A model generated the notes under the pieces. The model was not told the origin of the DNA. It did no database searches and was given only the letters and a program-made list of their open reading frames with translations. Both the position numbers and the translations under genes were made by a program. 63,812 nucleotides of DNA from Paraspadella gotoi (lineage: Eukaryota > Animalia > Chaetognatha). Location of the stretch: positions 18,562,816 through 18,626,627 of the forward strand of contig CM119263.1 of assembly GCA_051294375.1 (NCBI GenBank), written 5' to 3'. Shown in pieces: positions 39,571 to 50,245 of the stretch; position 1 is the stretch's first letter; every line of letters starts with the position of its first letter.

Positions 39571-41578
39571 CGATGTTCTGACATGATATAACGGGTTGTG
39601 TGCCCGACAATATTGAGGGGGCGGACCGACGGACCGAAAAAGGAGTTAATAGACGTCGGGATCTGCCTGATAAGGCCCAGATCCGACTAAAAAGAGAAGG
39701 GAAAGAATGAAATTCATTCGAACCGCAATCGGCGAAACAATAGCAAACTTCTCGGCAGTCGTTTTCCATTGGCAGATTTGAAGAGAGAGCAGAGAGATGA
39801 GAGAGAGAGAAATAGCACGAGAGAGAGAGAGAGACGAGAGAGAGAGAGGAGATGAGCAGAGAAGGACGGAAGACGAGAGAGAGAGACTGAATGAATGAGG
39901 AGACGAAAATAAATCTGCGGCGGAAATGCGAGAGAAAGAGAAAAAGGGAACATAAAAGCGGAGAGGAGTGCATTTGGAGGGCCGCATAAAAAAGGTCATC
40001 CATGCTAAATGGATCGAGCTGTCCGTCGTCCTGGGATTGAAAAGTAGGGGGCGGGGGGGGGCAGGGAGAAGTCGAGAGCGAACGTTTGCCTTTTCTTGGT
40101 TCGTGCGTCTGAGCTTCTCTCCTTTTTTTCAATTCTGATTGAAAAAAAGATTTATATAAATTAAATTCTTTTTTTCAAAAACTTTTGAGAAAAGAAAACT
40201 CGAAAAATTGCTTTCAGAATAAAATTTTTAAATCGTCAATCAAGTATATAATCAGTATTGACTACCAAGTAAATTATTCACAACGTGGGACGCATCGTGA
40301 TCATTTTCCATCACCTCACATTATTATGATATTCCTTCGAGTTCCGACGAGATTTCTCCGAGAATCGCAAAGTGAGATTTCACTTCTTTCCCCGGAGGTG
40401 GCACCTGCTCTCAGTCGTCTCTCGAGGTGGCACCTGCTTCATCTCGTCCCTTGAGTTCTCGTGGAGATTTTGCATTTCCTCGTTAATCTGTTCCGGATAA
40501 TCACGTCCCGCGCGCGCGAGCGGCGAACGGTAATAATAGATATCGCGTGCGCCCTGGATGATTTAGATGTGAGGCAGTAGGATTTTTTTTCTTTTTTCGG
40601 CTTCGTACCCTTTTCGTGTACGCGGCTAAAATATGCGCGGGGAAAAATAGGACACGGACATTTCGATACGGTGGAATTATAGCCTCGATAAAAAAATATA
40701 TTAAGCGCAAAAAATTACTTAGATTTTTTTACGAGGAGAATTCGGTTCGGTGGATTTTTACTCATCCGTTTCCAATCTATATATTTGCTCCTTGTATGCT
40801 CCTTAGGATTCCGTGTCTGAATATATTAAGTTGAGCTTTTCGTGTCCGCTTCTCATCGCAACTTGTTGCGAGTTTGTTTAACGATCGGTGATAAAAATCC
40901 CAAATGGGACAAACATCTTCGGAGTCGTCCAGCGTGAAATGCGCGTAAGACATCCCTCCAACGTGCACATTTCACAAACACGCAAGTTTGGAAAGACTCT
41001 TTCATCTTATGACTACATTACACGTCTCAAACATGCTTTCTCTTCATCCAAAGTGCCCCGCGCCGCCAGTCACCACCTGCATTTCATTCCTCTTAAAAGT
41101 TCTACACGACTTTCTGTGACTCGCACGCATTCCCCGACCGACGTGCATTCCTCCACGCGCCGGCGAGCGTGCATTCCGCCGGCCGCTTTGCATTATTCAT
41201 TAGTCAGCGTCGGAGGTGGGGAAGGAGAGGTGGGACGAAAGGAGGAGGTAAACAATGAGGAGGAGAGGGAAGAGGAGGAGGAGGATGAAGAGGAATGCGT
41301 GCCCTCGAGTTCAAAGCCATAGAGTCATGCTCATGCGCCTTATCAGGAACGGGGCAACGAGAGGCCGACGCATTCGCATCCCTTGAAAAATTCACAACTT
41401 CACCTCGACTTGTTACCGTTTCTCTCTCTCTCTCTCTGTCTCTATCTCCCTCTTCCTCTTTCATTTTTATTCCCCATTTTTTCCTCTCTCCATTTTTTCC
41501 TACTATATCTCTCGGCGCCCCTCCTTTTTTTTGCCTTCCTTGTTACCTCCGATTTCTCTATTCCTTCGTTTCTTTGCA

Positions 41579-41690
<112 letters not shown>

Positions 41691-44600
41691 TTATCGAATT
41701 TATATTTCATGCGGCTTCTCCCTTCACGCTCACCCGTTTCTTTCTCCCTATTATTCCTTCCTTAAATAAATTATCGAGTGAAACCTTCTCGTCCAAGAGG
41801 GCCATTTGTTTCGCTCTTCACGACAACGAGGTTTAGTGAATAAAACTCCAAAACAAGACACAATTCGATCGGTCACTTGGGGTACACAAATGAGGTATTA
41901 AAAGGAATAATTCTCCTGGATAATTTCTACCCATTAGATATTTTGTGAAACAAAATTGGCGGCAATAACTGGTCGTTTATAAATGAAACGCCTGAGGTAG
42001 TCGTCTTCACGTAATGATCCGTTCCCAATGGATTTCACGGTTTATCTCTGCTCAGTTGTGAGACTCACCGTATCCTTTCAACCTCTCACTTCTCTCACAT
42101 CTCCAATTTCCTTCATCACTTCTCGTCTTCATCTTCCTTCACGAATTTCCCACTGGGTCTTTAATCCCTATTCCCATATTCACCGCATTTCAACTCGTGC
42201 AAGTGCCTCTCTCCTCCTCTTCCTCTCTCTCTCTCAGTCTCTCTCTCTCTCGCCTTCTGCTCAGGTCTCTCTCTTTCCTCTTCTCTTCTCGTCTTCTCTC
42301 TCTCTCTTCGTATTCTGCTCGTCAGCATTTTCCCTCGACGCATTTCCTCTCCGACGTCACGTCGAGAGGCGACGCGACTGCCATCCCGTGGCTTCCGAGG
42401 ATTGACCCCTGGCGAGATGCCAGAACTCCTCTCACTCTCTCTCTCGCCACACGCTCGCCCATTCTGAGCGACTCATACAGCCCCTTTTGCCACTCTTCCA
42501 CTAATTCTCTCCCCCCCTTTTGACCTCCTGACCAAGGGGGGGACCTTCCACCCCGACCTCCCTATTCCGCTTCAATCCCCTCCCGCAACATCGGTCAGAA
42601 TCCCACATCGTTTTTTTTTCTTTTATTCTAATTACGTCCATTAAAGCGAAACTCTCGTCATAGGAAACGCCAGACGAGAGAGAGANNNNNNNNNNNNNNN
42701 NNNNNNNNNNCAGATGATAGAGGGAGCAGCGAGAGACGGAGAGAGTCAGGTAGATGAGAGATGTCAGCGTGTGAGGACGAGGAGAGAAGGAGCGGTGAAG
42801 GGGCCCACGGCAGCGGAGAGAGAAATGAGGAGTTGAGAATGAGTGAGAGAGAGCGCGAGGAACGAGGAGAGAGAGAGAGGAGAGAGAGAGCGAACGAGGG
42901 TGGAGAGAGAGAGTGAGAGGGGAGGAACAGAGATAGGAGGAGAGAGGAGTGCGATGGTGTGGAGAGAGGGAGCAGGTGATCGGCGAGGAGGAGAAGGTGA
43001 GAGAGGGGAGAAGAGGAGGGAGATGGAGGGAGAGAGAAGAGAGAGAGCGGGAGAGGGGATGGGGATGCCGTAGAGAGGCGGAAAGAGGGAGAAGGGTTGA
43101 TGAGAGAGCAGGAGGGGAGAGTGCAGGCTCGGAGAGAGAGCAGTCGCAGAGAGAGCGGATGGGCCGTAGAGGCGAAGGAGAGTGTGGAGGACGGGCTCGA
43201 GAACGCAGATACCGAGACGCCTGGCCTGAGCGATGGAGAGAAGAGGAGGCGAGCAGAGAATAAGATGGTGGAGCCGGATCGGCCTTCACGCTCAGACGGG
43301 TGGACTGCGTCACGCGCCATTCCTCGTCGAGCCCCATCTGGCGCAAGTCGAGACTGACGCCTTCCGTGTACTGCGTTGCGGAGGGGTTGGACAAACTTCT
43401 TGTCTCGTCGTGCTTCTGTACAGACCTCGGAGAGTGGGTCCTACAGCAGTGGAGGGTTTTGCCGCAGAGTTGGCCAGGACGACGTTCTTTACCGTCGTGG
43501 GACGTTCTTTCGCCTATACGCGTCCGGCGCTGGCATCGGAGTCTCGGTGCCGGGCGGAATTTCGTGCCTCCTGCTCAAGAGAGTTTGCCTTGCCACTCAG
43601 TTCGACCGCCGAGAGGTTCAGGAGGACTCCAGACGACGGCGCGCTTTTCAGGGCTTATGAGCGGCTCATGAGGGGGACGCCGGTAGGTGTTCCGCTCAGA
43701 TTGCTGTCCTTTCTGTCGCGCTGGAGAACGCTCTCAGCCAAGGTTGAGGCCTGTCGCTCGGGAGAGGCCCGGTTTGCAGTGCGACGCAGGCGACCTTGCG
43801 ATCTTGCCAAGCCCCTTAGACGCCTCGTCGGGTTTGGCGGGCAGATTTTGGACCCTCTGAGTCCGAGTCTCGGTCGGCGTTTATTAGTCGACACGCCTGC
43901 CCCCTTCGGAGTTTCTCAAGGACAGTGTTCTGCCAGATTCTCCAGAGAGAGAGAGAGAGTCGGACGCCGATAACGAGACACGGAGGTGTCCGTTTTTCGC
44001 TTGACGACTGTTTGGTTCGATGAGAGGAAGAGGCGTTTTATTAATCACCTCAACAGAAGAACTGAATTATTTTCCAGGAACGACAGAAAGAGGGAGAGAT
44101 GAAAAACGAGGCTTTTATGGGAAGTTGATTAAAAATAGAAGAAATAGGAAGAAAAAGGTTATAATGTTGAAAGAACAAGTTGAGAAAAATTGACATCGAG
44201 CAGACGAGACTGACCCAAACCTGATATTATTTGCCAAAGAGGAATTATAGATGCTAATGTTTGAGAAAAAGCTTAGGCTGCATATTTTTGTAAATATATA
44301 TAAAATTATATAATCTCGCATATTTTTTCAATATCTTCTTGCTTAAGCGTTCTGAAACTACTAGAACAAAAGATCGTTGAGACAGAAGGAGGCAAGCGCT
44401 TAGCGGGCGAAATACGATAATAATCACCTGTGGAGGTGAATTAGTCTCTCGGAAAAGACTGCGCCTGTGAAAGGAGAAAGTTGATGGGTGAGAGAAAGGA
44501 TAATAAAGGAAAAGGAGGATAATGGAATGACAAGACATTTTCAAGATAAGTGACAAAATGGTAACGAGGAAACGACGGGAAAAAATGGAAGAAATACCAC

Positions 44601-44830
44601 TACGTTGTAAATTTTATAAATTGTCCGGGTAAACAGTTGAGATAAGAAAATTATTATAAAATGATTACATGTATTGGTCTAAATCCTGGCATACAACTTG
44701 TTGAAATGAAAAAAATGAAATAAATACAAATTTGGGGTCTAACTTTAGTCTTTCCTCTGGGCACGACTCCCTTGCTGACTGCTTCTCAAAGAAAGTCGAA
44801 AATATTAAAACGGAAGAAAACAAATAAACA

Positions 44831-44884
<54 letters not shown>

Positions 44885-47800
44885 GAGAGAGAGGGGAAGG
44901 AAGAAGTGTCGTCTACCCGGGTAGTGATGGAACCCGCGGAACAAAAAACGTGGACACAAACGGATGAAACAAAAAAGATGACAAAAGAAAAAAAAGAGAG
45001 AAAAATGGGGGAAAAAATTGTCCGCCAGATGGGACAGACAGTTGAGGCGGCGGCGGGAACCTCTCGCCTTATGTTTTCTCCCAAATCACTTTCGTTTTTG
45101 TCTTCTCTGTCGGCCAAGATCTCGGTGTTGTTGTGAGCGTGGCAAGATACGCCGTGAGTGCAAACTGTGTTTTCGTATTGCATTATGTCATGTAAGCCAC
45201 GTCAGTTTTCTTTTTTAATTTTCCAGCCACCGACAGACATTATTGCGCGCCACTTAATGACGCGCCTTATGTTTCAGTCGGTGACGTGAGAACCCAGGTG
45301 TAGCGGGAAAATTAAAAGAGTTTTGATTGCGCGCCACCCTGTGGAGAGGAGAGACGGATGGACCGAATGGGAGGGGGAGAAGATAGGACGAGGGAGAGGA
45401 GAGGGAGGGGTGGAGTTTTCTCCAACTGGACCTCTTTTTTGACCCGAGGGAATGTCAGCCGAGGAGGTTCGGTTGGGTGGGAGTTTGGAGTAAGTGAGAT
45501 TTTCACTTTATTCGACGTCTTTGTCATTGAATTGCTTCAGGAAGTAGAACAATGTGCATTATCGTGGATCATCATCATCTTCCATCGACATTCATCATTT
45601 CATCGTCATCGATCATCATCCTGGGTCGTGTCTGTCGTCATCGTATTCATTATCGTCGTAGTCTGGTCGACGTATTTATTTTTAAATTTTTTGAAAATAG
45701 AGACGTCGAAATAGCTCTGGCAATATTGGTTGTTACTAAACATTTTACTATTGTTTCCTCATGTTTATTGTTCCAATTCATGTAATTATAGCTTTGTATT
45801 TAATCTGGAATTTTAAATTGTGTTTTTTTCCGGTTCTACTGTTTTCGCTTTCGTGTTTTTTACTCTCTTTTTTTTTAATGCGGAGAAAAAAAAACCCGGG
45901 TTTTTTTAAAAATTAGAGGAAAAAATGAACAATATAATATATTAAAAATCGCCGCAGACGAAGGGATGGTGGTGATATTATTTTATCCTGTTTTTCTTAA
46001 TAGAAAAAATTCAATAAAATAATAGGTTAGGACGTAATCTCATCGAATGAGACCCGATTCTTTTTTTAAACACTTCAATTAATATTTGGTTTTTAATTCT
46101 ACATAGTCTAATCGGACCTCTCATTCCACCGCTGCAAAGATTTTTTTCATTTCTCTCCCTCTCTCTCACGTGCTCTACTCTCTCTCTCGTCCCTCTCCTC
46201 TTCTCTCTCTCTCTCCTTCGTCTTCTCTCTCTCTCTCTCCAAACCCTTTCAGGTCCACCAACAAGCCGCAGAGAAACCCTTTTCAACCCGGAGGCGTGGG
46301 TCGGCGTCGGGGTTTTTAGTCACCCGGCATTTCACAAATTTTGTTCATTTCACCGGGCTCATGCGCCGCTCCCTCGGGTATTGAGGCCGCGTCACAAAAA
46401 ATACTTGTTTGAACTTTCACTTCAAATCTTGTGAGCAAAATTCACTTCACAGAAGAACGAATAAAAACTCTGATGGGACGAGAATTAATTCAAATTATCA
46501 CTGAATATCACAAACATCTTGCGCAAACTCGCTTAAAAAAAATAAAATCTGCCACAGAAATCGGGCAGGATCGCGCACGTTCCCATTCGTTTAAGCCTTT
46601 TGCTCGCCTGCGTTCACGGAACTCAATCCAAGCTTGCTGTCACGATGAGTGAAGCTTCCTGTCAGAATGTTTGATAAGCTTACCCCGTCACCAGGGATGT
46701 GGGACCGGAGCTGCGGAGCCGGCAGCTGGAGCCTCCGGAGCCTGAGCATTTTTTGTGCCAGGAGCGGAGCCGGGAGCCGGAGCCAGAATTTTATCTAGCC
46801 GTAGCCGGAGCTGGAGCCGCGTAGACGAAAAAATTTTGACCGGGAAGCCTCGGAGCTGGAGCGCAGGGCCGACAATAAAAATGCCGGCTCCAGCTCCATA
46901 GAAATAAAATAAGTTATAATTATCAAATTTAAAAAAAAGTATTTAAAAAAATATTAATATTTGATTTTTATTAGTTCATGAAAATTTTTTCAACTTACTT
47001 GTTTGTTACTAATTTACTAAATTTTTCTAATTTTCATTTTTTTATTTTTTTATAATAATTTATATAATATCATATAATATTATAGTATAAGATTAAGTTA
47101 AATAATTAGATAATTCGTTTATAGTTTTAAATCTAATTAAATTATTATAAAATACTTTCAATTTTTTTATGAGAGTAAAATTTATCCCTGAATATGCTGC
47201 TTTTGGGGCCTTAACTTAAACAGCAGTCTGAAATTAAAGGGGCAAGCTTATTCGATAAATATTTTTATAATAATTAATAATAATATAAAAGTTATTTTCT
47301 TACTAATTTTTTTTCTTATTATTATGTACTTATGCAATTTTTGTTTTACATATGTTGAAACAGTATCTCAATTTAGAAAAGAATAAAAAATTTAAGATTA
47401 CGATTTAATTAGTAATACTTTTATTTTTAATTTTATAATTAATGAATCTAACAAAGTATACACATAAAACTTATCATAGTAGTTTACTGTCTTTCATAGT
47501 ATTAAGGATGGATAAGCAGTTTTTTAATATTGGAACAACTCTCGGCGGAATTTTTTATTGAGCAAAAATTAGTCAGATATGTTTTCGGACTCACAATGGG
47601 TTAGAGCCTGAGAATCAGAGAGTTTTTGAAACAACAAATTTGTTCTCTGGATGGTTAATGTTAAGTTTTGGCAGAGAGAGAGATGGCGAGAAGTTTTGTT
47701 CAACAAAGAATAGGGTAAGAGAACAGTGTGGCCCGATGTGAGGACAGCTTAAAAGGTGAGGACAAGGGAAAGAAGAAGCGAATTTTGTGAAAAGTCAAAA

Positions 47801-48537
47801 GAGAGAATGAGAGAGACGAGAGAAAAAAATTAATATCGAATACATTGTTAAGTGTTACAGACAGAGATATAGTAGAATAAAATTAAATAATTAACAACTT
47901 TAAGTATAAAACTAATATTTAACCAAAATAAGAATATATTGAATAGTTTTCTAACTAAATAAAGTGAGAGAATAAAAGTGGAATTAAAGTAAAATTTGAA
48001 ATGGGAAGAATAAGTGGTGAGGGATTAGTTAAGGTGGTGATAAAGTGATAGGTATTTTGGAAAGTAAGGTAAGAAGAGGCTCAAAAAAATGAGCTGGCTC
48101 CCTCCCCGGTCCCGCGGCGGGCAAATAAAGGAGATATATGATTATTATCCTTGAAAGGAGAATAAACCATACTCGGGGTATGTCGTCAATCCTTGTTATT
48201 TATAAAAGGTGCGAAAACTAAGAGTATAGACAACAAAAAGCATTTTCGGCGTCAAGTCAGCGAGTTTGAAAAAGGGACTAGGGCCGAGGGAATAATGGAA
48301 TATTAATAAGCCTTCCTCACCCTGAATGAACCAAATGAAATAATAAAAACCGCTAACCCTAAATTAATTTAATCTTATTTGTCTCTTGGTGAGAGAGTGT
48401 GTCTACAGCAGGCCATTTTTTTCAGCCCGCCTAAGCCTAAACCTTTTAATTCTTCATGCCAAGGCCTAAAAATCCTAACGTATTTTTAGTGCTGACAAGT
48501 GAGGCGTGACACAGCCCCGCCCGCTACAAAAAAAATC

Positions 48538-49493
48538 GTCATTTACAAATTTTTGTAAATTTTTTTTTGTTAAACTGAAAAAGTTTTTCTCAATAAACAC
48601 CTATATCATTTGATTAACCAAATTTTATATTGATTGGTTTTGATTTTGACTTGGCGCAACTGATGCAGCCAGAAAAGTTCGCTTCAAATTTGTGTTTTCA
48701 TTTTTTAAAACTTTTATTTTATAACCTTTGAACCCTATTTTTGTTTACAAAACTTTATATAAAAATATTTTAATATATTCTGAAAGCTTGTTTAAAGTTT
48801 TAAAAATATAAAGAATAGGTGCAAATTAAACAATTACTTGTAAATATTAAAAAATAGCGTGATCTAGCCTTTAAGGTGTGTATTCAAATTACAAAAAAAT
48901 GTCTTCCTTTGCTGCTTAAAAGAGCAGTTTTTTTGGAATAATTATTAAATTATTGTGTAAGCTATTTTAATTTAGTTTTTGTTAATCTTTTTATGGAGTC
49001 TTATATATAAACAATAATTGGCTTAGTGCTGTGAGGACTATAGTTAGGAATAGGTCAGATATCTACAAAAAAAGTTATTTTAAGTATTTGTATTATTTCT
49101 CCATTTTTCGGGATTATCTAAATTAAACTAAAGCTGGGTAGTTATTTTCACGTCTAGAATTATATTCTTTAGAATATATCATTTTTTCAAATAATGAATT
49201 TTCGGTTTGTGTCTCTCTAAATAATTTTCAAAAAAACAAAAAAGAATAAGGGATTGCATTAATACAATGTGTAAAAATTGTTTTTTTAAAAATGTTTGTA
49301 ATAAAGTTAGACGATTTTAAAATTAAATTAAATTAAACTTAAAATTTAAAGCAAACTTTTTCGACTGGTGTCCATTATCAAATCAGAATCATAACCCCTA
49401 ATAAATTAAAATGATATATAAATGTTTTTCTAGGTTTTACTATAAAAAAAATCCTTTCAGATTAAAAATAATCTTCACAATTTGCAAATGGAC
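48538..49493. mobile_element. Nested foldback/MITE-like element inside the hAT element; boundaries approximate
   Basis: Inverted similarity: GTCATTTACAAAT (48538-) with ATTTGCAAATGGAC (49480-49493); GAAAAGTTCGCTTCAAATTT (48672-48691) with AAATTTAAAGCAAACTTTTTC (49342-49362); TATATCATTT with AAATGATATA in between. Confidence 0.5.
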
Positions 49494-49639
49494 CTATAAC
49501 ACTGAAACACTACCCAAAGCTTCCCGGTGTGAGCTCCATGCCTTTCCCCCCATCCGTAACGCCAGGTCTATGTAGGCCTCCCACATATCATTTCCGATCC
49601 TCAACCGCTAACACCCTTTCGACTCAGCTAACTGCTAGT

Positions 49640-50245
49640 CTTCCTAAACCCTAACCCTTGAACCCAGGGCCCTTCTTGTTTAACTCATTTCCTCTCGACC
49701 CCTAATCCATGAAACCCCAGACCCTTGGCCTCCAAAGTACATCTCTTTGCCTAACCCAAACCTAACTGCCTTTGATGCATCAAACCATGGGCTTTTTCCC
49801 TAACCGAGGCCTCTGTTCAACTCCATGCTTTTCTCCCAAATCGTAAACCCTAACTCGGGCCGGGGCTTCCCAATATCTCTGTGCCCTTAACCCTAACTCC
49901 TATCCGCCTCCCATTCAACTTCATTGCCTTTCTCCTTAACCCCTAACCTCCTGATACCCAGGACCGGCTCCCTTATATATTCGTACTTCAACTTTATTCC
50001 CTAATATCCATGCCGAGTTTACCTTCCCCTTTAACCCTTAATTGGCCGGCTTTTGTTTTTAAAAATTTACCTAAAATTGACATTAACCCTAAACCATAAC
50101 CCTTAAATACTTAACTTTTAAGCCTTTACCCTAAATTACTCTCAACCAACCCTAATTATTACCACTCAACCTTAACCCAAAACCAAACCAACTCAACCCC
50201 TAAATCTAACCTTTAAACTTATCTCAACCCTAATAAACCTTAACC
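49640..50245. repeat. Degenerate telomere-like (CCCTAA/TTAGGG) repeat-rich tract
   Basis: More than a dozen interspersed AACCCTAA/CCCTAAC/ACCTTAAC variants, denser toward 50080-50245. It is not a perfect array. Confidence 0.6.

Noticed and set aside
41993-42014. TGAGGTAGT let-7-like seed
   Set aside because: Only the first 9 nt match, and no pre-miRNA hairpin is evident.
42501-43394. Minus-strand ORF with LRQMGLDEEWRVTQ, faintly like myotubularin WR(I/V) segments
   Set aside because: The similarity covers only a few residues, and the rest is S/L-rich translation of CT repeats.
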